Positions 1-10,952 are shown, counted from the first letter of the stretch. The stretch is DNA of 64,000 nucleotides from Planctomycetota bacterium (GCA_043803805.1 JAZDJP010000086.1:7271-71270), one strand, 5' to 3'. Translations and numbers: made by a program. Notes: generated by a model not told the origin, from the sequence alone.

Positions 1-974
1 GTCCCCACATCCAGAGGTCCGACCTTCTCCACCGGCCCCTCTGCGCGTTTAAGTTTCTCTACGACGCGCTCGATGGGTTTGTAGTAAACCGGACGGGTGA
101 AGGGCTCGGGCTCTCCCTCCATGGCGATGAGCCTGTACTTGGCCGGGGTGTCCTTCCCGGCCAGGCGGATACTGTCGAAGTAGATATCGCTGGCGCCCTC
201 GTAGCCGTTGACGCGGCACTGGTAGCGCCAGGCCTTGGTCACGTCCAGCTCGGCGACCGCGGCCAGCTCCTTGAGCGGGAAATCGAGCGTGACCTGTTCG
301 CCCTTGGGAACCTTGAAGACGGCCACGGATGTGCGCACGCCGAGGGGCCCGCAACTGATCCGCGGCCCGGAGGCGTCGCGGACGAAGAGACCCAGAACCA
401 CCGGCGCGTCCGGCGCCAGGACGTCGACGCGCAAACGTTCCCAGGCCGACCAGTCGCCGCCGCCCTGCTCGAAGCGCCAGACCTTGCAGAAACGCTCGAA
501 GAAATAGTACGGATTCTCACTGCTGTGGGTGGGCACGCCCGGAGGCGGCCAGTAGCTGAAGCGCTTCTGCTTGAGAGCGCTCTCGATGTTGGCCCAGCTC
601 GCCGCCTCGCACTCCCGAGGAGTCCAGCGCATGGCGTGCCTGCCCTGGGTGGCCCCCGTCTTGAAAAGCGTGAGGGTGGGAGCATCCCGGGAGGAAGACT
701 TGGCGCACTCGTAGATCGTCACGTCGCCGTCGTAGCCCTCGGGGAGCTTGAGTTCGGCCTCGTGATCCTTCCATCGCCAGCCGGCCTTGGGGCCCTCTCC
801 CTGCCAGGGTTTGCCCACCACGTAGGCGGCGCCGCCGCTGTCCTTGGGTTTCATCTCATCGATCTCGAAACCGACCAGGAGCTTTTCGCCCTCGCCGGCG
901 GAGACGAACCTCGCCGCCAAGACGAGCGCGGCGACCGCAACGGCTGTCGTTCCCCTCGTTATCGCCATAATCAT
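1..974 (-). CDS. Secreted protein (3' end outside window), paralogue of the extracytoplasmic tail of the ECF sigma at 12229-15129
   Basis: Not in the ORF track. Hand translation from ATG 974 (GGAGG upstream): MIMAITRGTTAVAVAALVLAARFVSAGEGEKLLVGFEIDEMK...LKLPEGYDGDV...ATQGRHAMRWTPRECE...DWSAWERLRVDV...VEKVGPLDVG. Open to the window edge, with an N-terminal signal peptide. Confidence 0.85.
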   Translation of the reverse strand, partial: MIMAITRGTTAVAVAALVLAARFVSAGEGEKLLVGFEIDEMKPKDSGGAAYVVGKPWQGEGPKAGWRWKDHEAELKLPEGYDGDVTIYECAKSSSRDAPTLTLFKTGATQGRHAMRWTPRECEAASWANIESALKQKRFSYWPPPGVPTHSSENPYYFFERFCKVWRFEQGGGDWSAWERLRVDVLAPDAPVVLGLFVRDASGPRISCGPLGVRTSVAVFKVPKGEQVTLDFPLKELAAVAELDVTKAWRYQCRVNGYEGASDIYFDSIRLAGKDTPAKYRLIAMEGEPEPFTRPVYYKPIERVVEKLKRAEGPVEKVGPLDVG

Positions 975-1029
975 GACACCCTCCCCCCAACCCGGCAGAG
1001 CCGGAACCAAACCGGTCGAACCCTCAATG

Positions 1030-1128
1030 CCGCTCGTGGTGAGCCCTTCGACTCGCTCCGCTCGCTCAGGACAGGCTCTGTCGAACCATGAGCGGTGGCT
1101 CATCCTTCGACCCGCTCAGGATGAGCGG
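1030..1128. repeat. REP-like palindromic element (CCTTCGAC..GCTCAGG family), copy 1
   Basis: ccgctcgtggtgagc...gtcgaaccatgagcgg followed by gctcatccttcgacccgctcaggatgagcgg. The same core recurs at 30486 and 39970. Confidence 0.8.
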
Positions 1129-1221
1129 TTTTATCACTTCGCAAACGGATATTTCCTTGCCGTTTCTCACAAGATTTCACAACCAAGAGTCTGATGCCAA
1201 ATCCAAAGCGCTCCCACTCCG

Positions 1222-3879
1222 CTACTTTCCCATCTTCCCGGCCACCTCGGCGGCGGCGGCGTAGAGGTCCGCGGAGCGCTTCTGCCATCCGGATCCCCGG
1301 AACGCCACACCGCCCACGTCGCTCGGCGCGGCGTTGGCATTGCCGTTGCGCGCCCAAATCATAGCTTCCGTGCGCTCATCGAGCAACTTCTGAACCCGAT
1401 CGGCCAGATCGCCGCCGATCTTCTTGTCGAGAATCGCTTTTTCAAGAAGGATGCGCGTCTCGGTTTCCTGAAAGCCCTCGCGCATCACCTCCATGCGAAC
1501 CGTGGGCACGGGACCGGCTCGCCCCGGAGACACCAGACAGTACGGAACGAATTGAAGATTCTTCGAATTCTCCAGTTCCGCCGGGTAGCGGTTAAAATAG
1601 TTACTGTTGCTGGAGATGACATGGTGTCGGTCGATGGTGCTTTCGGGATCTTTGCCGGTTGCTATGCAATGGAAGAAATCAAATCCTATCCGGCCGATGC
1701 CCCGGAGACCTCCCATCTTGCCGGGCGATGTCACCGTGGCCTCCATGGCCTGGCGGTAATCGGCCAGGTCGCTCCACATCCGGAAGCCGCCTCCCCCGTT
1801 AACGGAGCAGCCGAATCTCGGGAAGGTCGTCTGCAAATCCGGATTCTTCCAGCCGTAGACCCGTCCGATCGAGGGAAAGGGTGTCACCTCAATCCCCCAG
1901 ACATAGGCCAGGCAACCCACTTTGGCGCCGCTGAATTCCTTGGGTGTGAACGGATGGGTGGAGATATACCACGTGGTTCCCGGGGCGGCGGAGTCGAGAT
2001 CGGCAACGGCGAGCTTGCTCGGACGCCGATCCCCGGCCACCCCGAACATCATCGCCTTCTCCATGCCCCGCGCGGCCAGCCTCTTGCGCATGCCGTCCAA
2101 AACCGGCTTCCAAAAATCCCTGGTCTCGGGCGCGCCCCACGAGGGACCTTCCTCTTCCGTCAACTTGCCGGTGGCCGGATCCAGAGAGGAAAAAAGCATG
2201 CCTCTCATCCCTCCCGGCTTGGCGATATTCCCGGCCCACTCGAAGCCGGTTTCGTTCGTCCACACGTAGAGGCAAACCACGGGAATCTTGCCCATGTGCT
2301 TGATTGCCAGATCCAGATATTTCTCGGCAATGCTGAAGTCATATTTCCAGGATCCCCCGGACTCCTTGATCCATCGCACCATGGTGTGCTCGTTTCCAAG
2401 CTCCGTCCGGCGCTGGAGCGGGATGTAGACCGTCTTGTTGCCCATTTGTCCCATGAGATCGAAGGACTTCCCGATGAGCTTCCAGTGCTCCTCCGACCAC
2501 AGGGGCACGTTGTACTTCGTCGCCAGAGACTCGGGCGACTGACTCATTCCAAGAAAGGAAACGAATTCGCCGGGATCGGGCAGTGTCCAGTCGGCCACCG
2601 ACAGCTCCACGGGAACCTCGGCGCTGACGGGTCCGCTGACGGTCAATGTGGCCGTGTAGACGCCGGGCTTGGCGTCCTTCGGCACGTGAACCGTGATCCA
2701 CACCGGCTGGACCGCCCCGCCGCCCTTCTTGTCCGCGACCGGGACATCGGCCGGCGGATCGCTCTCCAGACCGTCGAAGAAGAAACTCCCGGCCTGCACG
2801 GGGTACCCGCCTTGATAGGGACCATCCAGCCGGGGATAACGAACGGCGACGGCGGAGGCCGGAATACTCCCAGGACCTTTCAGCTCGGAAACCACAGCCT
2901 TCAGCCCGTGGATCGGTTCGCTCGAGCCCACCACCACCTGACCGGAGAAGATTCCGTTCCGGGCGCCGGCAAGCCGTATCGGCTCCAGCTTCTCGCCGGG
3001 GATGGCGTAGTCCACCGGACGCAGTTTCTGCAGGACGCTGGCGTTCCAAACCTGCACCCCTTTCGGCCGGCCGGTGACCGGCGCGCCGCCGCCCGCGGTG
3101 GAGAGTTTGAGATCCTCCAGCGCAAGCATCGCCCACTCCGCGCTGGTGAGCGCGCCGGAATTGTAGAACAACCCGGAGGTGGGCGCGCGGTGGATCTCCA
3201 CGGCCAGGACGTTGAGACCCGGCTTCAGCAGTGAGGACGGCATTTTGACTCCGGAGATTTTGCGAATGCGCTTTTCGAGACGATCCGGATACTTCTTGGC
3301 GTCGAAAGCCGGTCTGATCAACTTGCCGTCCGGAGCCACATAGGCCTCCGGAGGATAATCTTCGGCGGGAGTCTCGATCGCCAGCGGCCCGGCGGGCAGA
3401 TTCGCCCGGGCCACTTCCTTGCCATTCAGGTAAACCGCCGCCCCTCCGCGAAAAGAAAGATCCAGCGTCAAGTCCCCTGCTTGGGATGGATCCTTGACCT
3501 CGAACTTGCCGCGCAGGCAGAGAAGCGCCAGGCTCCGGGGAGAAGGCAGCAATCCACCCTGGTGACGCTCGGCAAAGGGCCCGCAATCCTGAGCCCAGGA
3601 ACTGTCCTCAAAGCCGGACTCTTTCCAATCCGCCGGCGGCGCCGGTGAGCGCACAGACTCCACCTTCTTGGACTGGCCGAATTTGAAGACAAGCGTTTCC
3701 AGTTCGCCGCTCTTGGCGCGGACCTCTTCGGTTTTCCAAAACGTGAAACAGCGCCAGGGGCTCCCGGCGTTGAGCACGTTCGCGCCGGAACCCGCGGCCC
3801 CCTCGGCGGCAACCACCCGGAAACCGCCCGACACCAAGACCAGCACCAACGCCGCCCAAAACAATATATATTTCCTCAT
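1222..3879 (-). CDS. Secreted glycoside hydrolase 123-like / DUF6067-type protein
   Basis: Signal peptide MRKYILFWAALVLVLVSGGFRVVAA; motifs LCLRGKFEVKDP, GGAAVYLNGKEV, QPVWITVHVPKDAKPG, QSPESLA, RMEVMREGFQE. Paralogue of 8346-10952. Start placed at the ATG after AAGGAGG. Confidence 0.7.
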   Translation of the reverse strand: MRKYILFWAALVLVLVSGGFRVVAAEGAAGSGANVLNAGSPWRCFTFWKTEEVRAKSGELETLVFKFGQSKKVESVRSPAPPADWKESGFEDSSWAQDCGPFAERHQGGLLPSPRSLALLCLRGKFEVKDPSQAGDLTLDLSFRGGAAVYLNGKEVARANLPAGPLAIETPAEDYPPEAYVAPDGKLIRPAFDAKKYPDRLEKRIRKISGVKMPSSLLKPGLNVLAVEIHRAPTSGLFYNSGALTSAEWAMLALEDLKLSTAGGGAPVTGRPKGVQVWNASVLQKLRPVDYAIPGEKLEPIRLAGARNGIFSGQVVVGSSEPIHGLKAVVSELKGPGSIPASAVAVRYPRLDGPYQGGYPVQAGSFFFDGLESDPPADVPVADKKGGGAVQPVWITVHVPKDAKPGVYTATLTVSGPVSAEVPVELSVADWTLPDPGEFVSFLGMSQSPESLATKYNVPLWSEEHWKLIGKSFDLMGQMGNKTVYIPLQRRTELGNEHTMVRWIKESGGSWKYDFSIAEKYLDLAIKHMGKIPVVCLYVWTNETGFEWAGNIAKPGGMRGMLFSSLDPATGKLTEEEGPSWGAPETRDFWKPVLDGMRKRLAARGMEKAMMFGVAGDRRPSKLAVADLDSAAPGTTWYISTHPFTPKEFSGAKVGCLAYVWGIEVTPFPSIGRVYGWKNPDLQTTFPRFGCSVNGGGGFRMWSDLADYRQAMEATVTSPGKMGGLRGIGRIGFDFFHCIATGKDPESTIDRHHVISSNSNYFNRYPAELENSKNLQFVPYCLVSPGRAGPVPTVRMEVMREGFQETETRILLEKAILDKKIGGDLADRVQKLLDERTEAMIWARNGNANAAPSDVGGVAFRGSGWQKRSADLYAAAAEVAGKMGK

Positions 3880-3915
3880 CGAACATCCTCCTTGAAGAAA
3901 TGGATTATGCATCGT

Positions 3916-5763
3916 CTAGTTTCCCGCCGGAATGACAAAGTGAATGGGCTTTTTCTGCAAATCAAATTTTTTCTGTTGCGGCGGCTGTTGCGGTAATCGC
4001 CAGGAGATGACGACATCTCCGGAATCCATCCTGCCGAGGAACGCCTCGCTCGTCCCCGGAGAAATCACCCACGCACCGAGATCCCGTCTGTCGTTCCGGG
4101 CGATGACCGTTACCGGTCCAGCGTATCCGCCAAGCCCAAGAGATACGCGCACGCTGAGCGCCGTCTCGTCATCCACACCGCGTGGAAGAATCCAGACATC
4201 GCCGTTGAGAAGGACAAGCGCCATATCCTGAGCGCCGTCGCCGGTCAGATCGGCCAGCACTCCCGCTTGCTGGCCGTCGCAAGCCTTGGGCAGAATGTCA
4301 GTTTCTGCAAGGTCGAGGGGCTTGCGGGCATGATTGAGACTTCGGAATCCGCGGTTGAAGAAGCATTGCGGACCCTGCTTGGAGTAGGCGATGAAAATAT
4401 CCTGAAGCCCGTCGTTGTTGAAGTCACACTCGTTTCCGAATATGCCGCCCGGCTTCGCTGTATAGGCAATACCACCGGATAGGCCCAGCATGTTTACGAA
4501 CTTGCCATCGCCTTCGTTCTGCCACAGGCGGCAGGCATCCTCGGCCACCGTGAAAACATCCAGGCAGCCATCCACGTTCCAATCTCCGAGGAATGCGTGG
4601 GAACATCCTTTTCCGATCCCGGCCGGGCACGATGCCGCTTCGGCAAACTCACTCCCGCCTTTCCCCTTGTAGAAATGACCACCCTTCTCAAAAAATCGCA
4701 TCACGTCGGGAATGTTGTCTCCATCGAAATCAGCGACGAGACACGGCCCGGCGGCTCCGAGATTTTCATCTTGGGTTCCGGATGAAAGAGGCTTGAGCAC
4801 AAAAGCGCCCGGCTTGTCCTTACAGGACACAAGAAGTACCGGCGCGACCGCCGAGTTCCAAAGGATTCCGGCGAGACCTCTGGCACCCGCGTCCAGAGCG
4901 GAAAGCCCCAGGCATCCGGTCTTGGGCACATCCGCCGCGGATGTCGGAGAGAATGTGCCGTCCTCCGCCTGCGCCCAGAGCGTGAGCGCCTTGCCGTCGG
5001 AGCTTGCGAGGTCGAGTTGCCCGTTGCCGTCAAAATCACCCCAAGCGACAAAGCGGGATTTGGAAGCGAGTTTGAGTTTGGTTGTCACATCCGCAAATTT
5101 TTTCTCTGCTCTGTTGTAACTGAAAACGTGATCGCCCGATTCCGATGCGACGAAGAGCGAGGGATTTCCGTTGCCGGTGATATCCACCGCCTGAGCCAAA
5201 CGGACTTTTCCTTCCACCTTGGCGATGTTGACGGGATCATCCCACCAGGCGTTGCCACCCTCGGGGACGAAGGTATCGGGATGTTTTATAATGAGCGCGA
5301 CCATCTTGATGAGCATGTCCGTGCCGCCTTCCCATACGAGGTACGAATCGCTAAAGTCCGCGTCCCAGGTCTCCTGAACCGAAGATTTGCTCAGGTGGAT
5401 CCATTTCCCGGAAAGATGCAGGCAGCCGGCGGGGGCGCCCCGTTCGTCTTTCCCGACGAAAAGCAGCGCCGGGGCGTTACCGAGACGGCCGATGATTTCT
5501 TTGACGATCTTGTTGTGTTCGGGATTGTCACCGTTGGTCACGTTGATAACCGGGTTCTTGTCGGGCTTTTTGCCCTTCAGGCATGCCTTGATTTCTGAAG
5601 AGCAGTTACCCTTGTCGTCGGCGGGATTGAGTGTGAGCACGAGAATGAGATCCGCATGTTCCGTGAGCTGCACCGGTGTAAAGCTGATGGTGACTATGGC
5701 GTAAGCGACCGCTCCACAAATGAGGACACCCAACGCCAGCAAAACCAAGATTGTGTTTCGCAT
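3916..5763 (-). CDS. Secreted FG-GAP/VCBS repeat protein
   Basis: Signal peptide; repeated Ca-binding blades (WGDFDGNGQLDL, ADFDGDNIPDV, GDWNVDGCLDV, CDFNNDGLQDI, ADLTGDGAQDM). Confidence 0.85.
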   Translation of the reverse strand: MRNTILVLLALGVLICGAVAYAIVTISFTPVQLTEHADLILVLTLNPADDKGNCSSEIKACLKGKKPDKNPVINVTNGDNPEHNKIVKEIIGRLGNAPALLFVGKDERGAPAGCLHLSGKWIHLSKSSVQETWDADFSDSYLVWEGGTDMLIKMVALIIKHPDTFVPEGGNAWWDDPVNIAKVEGKVRLAQAVDITGNGNPSLFVASESGDHVFSYNRAEKKFADVTTKLKLASKSRFVAWGDFDGNGQLDLASSDGKALTLWAQAEDGTFSPTSAADVPKTGCLGLSALDAGARGLAGILWNSAVAPVLLVSCKDKPGAFVLKPLSSGTQDENLGAAGPCLVADFDGDNIPDVMRFFEKGGHFYKGKGGSEFAEAASCPAGIGKGCSHAFLGDWNVDGCLDVFTVAEDACRLWQNEGDGKFVNMLGLSGGIAYTAKPGGIFGNECDFNNDGLQDIFIAYSKQGPQCFFNRGFRSLNHARKPLDLAETDILPKACDGQQAGVLADLTGDGAQDMALVLLNGDVWILPRGVDDETALSVRVSLGLGGYAGPVTVIARNDRRDLGAWVISPGTSEAFLGRMDSGDVVISWRLPQQPPQQKKFDLQKKPIHFVIPAGN

Positions 5764-5775
5764 ATTCTTCCTCGT

Positions 5776-8349
5776 CTATTTGACACCACCCTTTTCCGGC
5801 TCGAAACAATACATCATACCGTCGCTTTGAGGATTGATAAAGATCCGCCCGTTCGTCACGATCGGTCTGGCGCAGACCCGCGGAGCGAACCCATGACTAC
5901 TCATCCAGACCGCCTTGCCGGTCTGGAGATCATAAATCCGGAGACCTCCCATCGTAGCGCCCACTCCCCACCCCGGCAGAACGATCGTGCTCTCCGCGCA
6001 GGTGTGATACCCCAAACTGACAACGGGCTTGCCTCCCGCCGAGGACATCGGCCGCGGCTTTCCGTCGGCGATGGCGATGATGCTCGCCGTGCCGCCGTAG
6101 CGCGAGGGAACGACACAATCCGCGCCGACGGCCGGGGCCTGCTCGAATCCTCCGACGGAACTCTTCCACGCCACCGTCCCATCTTTGGCCCACAGGCACG
6201 CAAACGAAGCCCCATCTACTCCGAAGAACAATTTTCCATCCTTACCGGAGAGACAGGCCGAATTGCCGAACTCGGCCGGATTCTTCCAAAGAACTTTCCC
6301 GTCCGCCGGATCGATGGCGACGGTGAGTCCCTTCCTGTCCTTGATGCCCTCCCGCCAATCGGTGCTCCGCGTGTAAAAAAGCTTCCCGTCCAGAAGGCAT
6401 CCCCCCAGACCGCACCCCTGCTTTCCGGCGATCTCCGGCAGGGAAACTTTCCAGACCTCGGTTCCTTTTTTCAGATCGAAGGCCTGAACGGTCGGGATGT
6501 GGGTGGTTCCGTGCAGGGTGGCCGTCACAACCACGTTCCCCGTGCAAATCGGCGCCGTCCGGCTCCAGTCGCCGGGAAAGCCGACCTCCGCCTGCCAGAC
6601 ATCCTCCCCGGTACGGGCATCCACGCCGTAGAGCAGGCATCGCTTGATAAAACCGGAGGTGTCCTTGTTCCCCCTGACAAAAAACAATCTGTCTCCGCAC
6701 ACCGTCGCCGCCCCGCGGTGAGCGGTGTGCAGGTAACCCGTGGGCACGAACCGCCGCCAGCGGACGCGGCCCGTGGACTGTTCCACGGCCGACAGCAGAG
6801 TATTCGTCGAGGCCAGGAAAAGATCCGTGTCGCCGGCGGTCACGGGACCTTTGAAGATGGAAAAATCGCGAACCGCCCAGCGCAGACGCAGCGGCGGGCG
6901 GAGCCCGGCGTCTTCCACCGCCGCGGTGTTGGCGGCGTCGGCGTTGGCGTAAGGCCAGCCGTAGGTCTTGCCGGTCGCAGAAACGACCTTGCTCCGGGGC
7001 TCGCACAGGGTCAGATTCTCGGTCCGCGGAGCCGCCTGCCCTCCGGGACCCAGCACGTAAAAAAATCCGTCGTCACAGCCGAACCAGACACAGCCGCCGG
7101 AAATCGCCGGCGACGACGCGATCATCTTCCGGTGCGGCGTCTGGAAACGGAAAGGCGCCGGCTTGAACGCGTCCAGATCCAAGCCCGCGGAGTCCACGCC
7201 GACGACGATGACCTCTCCCCCGACGGTGGTAAAAACGGCGTGGTCTTTGGAGAGGGCCGGCGACGTCACGGAAGGAGTCCATTTTTCGGCGGGAGTCCGG
7301 GATCCGTAGGATGCCCACTTATTCCGCCAGCCGTCCGGTGTCCCTTTGTACTCGTAGGCGGCGAACCCAAACTCGTGACGCCCGAAGTAGATTGTGGTTC
7401 CGCGAGCGGCCGGCGTGCCCAGCACCTGATATTGTCCCTGAATGGTGTCCTTGCTTCGAAACGCGAGTCCATACATCTCACGGAAAAGACCGTCCTTCAG
7501 AGAGGCGCGCGCGATGCACCCCAGCCCGTCCGTGCCGGGCATCGCGACGTAAAGGTTCTCGCCGCAAACCGAAATGCCGCGAGGCACCCCGTGCATCAGC
7601 GCGACAGGCGTTCGAATCGTCCAGCTACGACTCACGCCGGTGCCCTCATCCTCCAGGCAGGCATAGTCGTATCCGCACGTGACGAGCACTTTCTTCCCGG
7701 AAACGCACAGCTCTCCGGAAGCGTAGTGAGGAACCTCGCAGGCATGACTGCCCCACCCGCCGCTGAGTTTCGGCAGATTCGCGACGGGTTGCGCGTAATA
7801 ATCGAACCGCCATCGCTCCTTCCCGTCGAGATCCAGACAGTGGATGACGGCCCCCACGGTCATAATATAGATGGAATCGTTGGCGGCGACGGGCGGGGAG
7901 ATGATCGGCCATCCGAGACCGAGGGACTTGATCACCGCGCCGTTTTTGGCATCGAGGATGTAAAAGTTCCCGGCCGTGGTGCCGTAGTACATGCGGCCCT
8001 TGACAACGCACGGCGAGGAGGTGTTCGACCCCATGGCCTTTTCGCCGTCGGGGGAGGCCTGCCACACCACGCGCCCCGCCTTCGGATCCACGCAGTAGGC
8101 CGTCCCCATCTGATCCACGACGTAGGCCAACCCTCCCACCACCGCCGGGGACGTCATCACGGCGTCGGCAAGCTTGACCTGGGCCGCGAGCCCCAGAGGC
8201 AGTTTGAGCTCCTCGTCGTCGGCGTCCCCGGTGCGCTCCGGGACGCGCATGAACTGCGGCCAGTCGGAGGCGCGCGCGTCGCGCGCGACGCCCGCCAGAA
8301 GCAATAGCGCGATAAACAAACCCCATCTCTTCGCCGTGATCGTGTTCAT
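5776..8349 (-). CDS. Secreted PQQ-like (BamB-type) beta-propeller repeat protein
   Basis: Signal peptide then SDWPQFM; many TSPAVVGG/SSPAISGG and xDxxxGxxxW blades; a second 'WPYANAD' propeller start. The ATG overlaps the upstream stop (ATGA). Confidence 0.85.
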   Translation of the reverse strand: MNTITAKRWGLFIALLLLAGVARDARASDWPQFMRVPERTGDADDEELKLPLGLAAQVKLADAVMTSPAVVGGLAYVVDQMGTAYCVDPKAGRVVWQASPDGEKAMGSNTSSPCVVKGRMYYGTTAGNFYILDAKNGAVIKSLGLGWPIISPPVAANDSIYIMTVGAVIHCLDLDGKERWRFDYYAQPVANLPKLSGGWGSHACEVPHYASGELCVSGKKVLVTCGYDYACLEDEGTGVSRSWTIRTPVALMHGVPRGISVCGENLYVAMPGTDGLGCIARASLKDGLFREMYGLAFRSKDTIQGQYQVLGTPAARGTTIYFGRHEFGFAAYEYKGTPDGWRNKWASYGSRTPAEKWTPSVTSPALSKDHAVFTTVGGEVIVVGVDSAGLDLDAFKPAPFRFQTPHRKMIASSPAISGGCVWFGCDDGFFYVLGPGGQAAPRTENLTLCEPRSKVVSATGKTYGWPYANADAANTAAVEDAGLRPPLRLRWAVRDFSIFKGPVTAGDTDLFLASTNTLLSAVEQSTGRVRWRRFVPTGYLHTAHRGAATVCGDRLFFVRGNKDTSGFIKRCLLYGVDARTGEDVWQAEVGFPGDWSRTAPICTGNVVVTATLHGTTHIPTVQAFDLKKGTEVWKVSLPEIAGKQGCGLGGCLLDGKLFYTRSTDWREGIKDRKGLTVAIDPADGKVLWKNPAEFGNSACLSGKDGKLFFGVDGASFACLWAKDGTVAWKSSVGGFEQAPAVGADCVVPSRYGGTASIIAIADGKPRPMSSAGGKPVVSLGYHTCAESTIVLPGWGVGATMGGLRIYDLQTGKAVWMSSHGFAPRVCARPIVTNGRIFINPQSDGMMYCFEPEKGGVK

Positions 8350-10952
8350 CGAACATTCTCCTTCCCGGCCACCTCGGCGGCCATGCGGTAAAGTTTCGCG
8401 GAGCGTTCCCGCCAGCCGTCGTCGTAGGCATAGTGCTCGGCCGGCGGCTGGTAGTACCGGAAATGGGTTATCCGGCAAAGGTCGGCCCTCTTGTCCAGGA
8501 GCCGGCGACAGCGCTCGGCGAGTTCGGCGTCGAGCTTGTTCTCCACCAGCGGCAACTCCACGCAGGCGCGCGCCTCCGCCTCCTGAAGCCCCTCACGGAG
8601 CATCTCGATCTTGACGGTCGGACGGGCTCCGTCCTTGTCGGGGACCGCCAGCCAGCACATGAGCGGACAGCGTTGCATCGATGAAGAGGCCGGCCACCGA
8701 TCAAACAGCGTATTGAGCTTGCCGCCCTTTCCCGCGGGCCAATAGTCCATGCACATTCTGCCGGCGCCTTTGTCTCCCAACAGCATGTAGCGCTCGGCCA
8801 TGGTGCGCAGGCTCATGGGCGGTTGCCTCGCGTCGTGAATTCTCTGGCTCCCGACAATCAGCGTCCCGTGGGGATGGGGCGTCCACCAGTAGTACAAACG
8901 CTTCCGGCTCCCCGGAAGTTCCGGCGGATCGATATCATTGGGAACGTAGAGATACTCGAAGTATCCCATGGAACTATCCTTGCCTCCATAGGAAGATCCC
9001 CTCCCGTGAGCTCCGTAGTGCCAGCGCGCTTCCGGCCAGAGCTCCTTGAACTGCGCGACCACATCCTTGTGAATGCAGCCATCGGCGCTGATACCCAGGA
9101 TCGGGGTGATCTTGTCCAGCCCCTGGGTTTTCAGCCTATCGCGGATCTGATCCAGGAGCGGTTTCCAGAGATTCTTGCTCTCCGCCGTGCCGACGATCGG
9201 CAACGGCATGGGTTCGGCCTTGCCGGCGGCCTCGTCCACCACGGTCACGAACGTGGGCTTGTCGGGAAGGGACGCGCCAAAGTTGAAGGGCGGCGTGTTG
9301 CCCGGCACGTGCCACACCTGAAAGGAAATCACCCGGAGATTGCAGTACTTCTTGGCCAGCGCCAGGTAGCGGTCGAAAGCGGCAAAATCGTACGTGAAGG
9401 AACCGTCCTTCCGCCGGATCCACTTGACCATGCTCTCGTCGTTGCCGAACTGGGTCTGGGTCACCAGCGTTACGACGAGCAATTTGTTGCCCAGGTAGCC
9501 CATGAGTTCGAAAGACTTTTCCATTCGCTTCCAGTGCTCGTCGGACCACATCGGCACGCCGTACTGGAGGGCTACCGACTCGGGCGACTGGTAGATGCCG
9601 ACGAAGGAGCGATAATCCCCCGCATCGGGCAATGTCCATCCCGTGACTTCCAGTTCGACGGGCACATTGGTTTCCGGCAGTCCGCTTGCCGACAAGACCA
9701 GACCCCCCTTGTAATTGCCGGGCGGCGCGTCTTTGGGGACGTAAACCGTGATCCACACCGGCTGGACGGCCCCCTTGTCCTTTCCGCCGGTGACCTCCAC
9801 CTTTGCCGGCAGATCGTTTTCGAGAGCGGCGAACGCGGGGCTGGGAACTCCCAGGCTGACCAGCGTGGCGCCGCGCACCCGGATGTTCGTCGCGGAGATT
9901 CTTCCGGCGCCGCCCTCCTGCGCCAAGTCGGTCGCATGGGCCTTCAATCCATCAAAGGCCGAAGACGAACCCACCACCACCTCGCCGGAATAGTAACCGT
10001 TCCTTGCCCCGGCCAGCCGCATGGGCCGCAACGGCTCGCTGGGATCTCCGTACTTCTCGGCACCAAAAAGGTTATGAACATCCTCATTCCAGACCTGGAT
10101 CCCGCCCGGCCTGGACGGAGCGACGATCGCCTGCCCGGTGCCGTCGGCGGCCAGGCGCAAGGACCGCAATTCCAAGTGAGGCCATGAAAGTTTGTTCTCT
10201 ACGTTTCCCCACTTGAGCGCCTCCGGCCGATAGGCACCGCGGTGCAATTCGACGGCAAGAAGGTTACATCCCTTGCGCAATTCTTTTACGGGGAGTTCCA
10301 CCAACCCAAGATCCCGGTCGCGCCTGGCCGCGCGATCGGCGAGATCCTTGTCGCCTTTTGCGACGCGACCGTTTATAAAGTAGGCGGCGGGCATCACGTT
10401 TCCGTTCGCCTCGATGTACGCTTCCACCGGGTACGGCTCGGCCGGCGTGTCCGGCTTTATCTCTCCGGCCGGCAGATGGGCGCGGAACACCTCCTTGCCG
10501 TTGAGGTAGACAACCACGCCGCCTCCGTACCTGGCCGAAAGGATGATCTTCCCGACCCCGCCGGGGTCCTTGACTTCAAACCTGCCCCTCAGGCAAAGCA
10601 ACGATTCGTACTCGGGCCAGTAGGTATCCGTGGAACCCCTTGCGCAAGGAAAGGGACCTTTCGACCGGGACCACTCCCTGTCGTCGAACTCCGGCTTCAT
10701 CCAATCCGCCGGCGGCGGTGAGGTGTTCAACCGGGACGGCCCAAAGGTTTTTGGCGCTGTCGCCTCGGGTTGTTTCTCCTTGAGAAGCGACAAAGGCACC
10801 TCGGCCTCGCGGACGACGGCGTGAATCCGCCAGTAATTATCGGCGGAGAGAATGATCTGCATGTCCTTCGCCGGCGGCTCGGCGGCAACCACCCGGAAAC
10901 CTCCCGATAGCAAAACCAGCGCCGCCACCAACAACAAGATTCTCTTTTTCAT
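8346..10952 (-). CDS. Secreted glycoside hydrolase 123-like / DUF6067-type protein
   Basis: Signal peptide MKKRILLLVAALVLLSGGFRVVAA; LCLRGRFEVKDP, QPVWITVYVPKDAPPG, YQSPESVA, KIEMLREGLQEAE. Clear paralogue of 1222-3879. Confidence 0.7.
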   Translation of the reverse strand: MKKRILLLVAALVLLSGGFRVVAAEPPAKDMQIILSADNYWRIHAVVREAEVPLSLLKEKQPEATAPKTFGPSRLNTSPPPADWMKPEFDDREWSRSKGPFPCARGSTDTYWPEYESLLCLRGRFEVKDPGGVGKIILSARYGGGVVVYLNGKEVFRAHLPAGEIKPDTPAEPYPVEAYIEANGNVMPAAYFINGRVAKGDKDLADRAARRDRDLGLVELPVKELRKGCNLLAVELHRGAYRPEALKWGNVENKLSWPHLELRSLRLAADGTGQAIVAPSRPGGIQVWNEDVHNLFGAEKYGDPSEPLRPMRLAGARNGYYSGEVVVGSSSAFDGLKAHATDLAQEGGAGRISATNIRVRGATLVSLGVPSPAFAALENDLPAKVEVTGGKDKGAVQPVWITVYVPKDAPPGNYKGGLVLSASGLPETNVPVELEVTGWTLPDAGDYRSFVGIYQSPESVALQYGVPMWSDEHWKRMEKSFELMGYLGNKLLVVTLVTQTQFGNDESMVKWIRRKDGSFTYDFAAFDRYLALAKKYCNLRVISFQVWHVPGNTPPFNFGASLPDKPTFVTVVDEAAGKAEPMPLPIVGTAESKNLWKPLLDQIRDRLKTQGLDKITPILGISADGCIHKDVVAQFKELWPEARWHYGAHGRGSSYGGKDSSMGYFEYLYVPNDIDPPELPGSRKRLYYWWTPHPHGTLIVGSQRIHDARQPPMSLRTMAERYMLLGDKGAGRMCMDYWPAGKGGKLNTLFDRWPASSSMQRCPLMCWLAVPDKDGARPTVKIEMLREGLQEAEARACVELPLVENKLDAELAERCRRLLDKRADLCRITHFRYYQPPAEHYAYDDGWRERSAKLYRMAAEVAGKENVR

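Noticed and set aside
5656-8307. 883-aa plus-strand ORF, and similar long ORFs at 1552-3234, 12361-14508, 17290-19866, 38222-39922, 44244-46109 and 54396-57134
   Set aside because: Antisense shadows of well-supported genes. High GC suppresses stop codons, and the translations show no family motifs.
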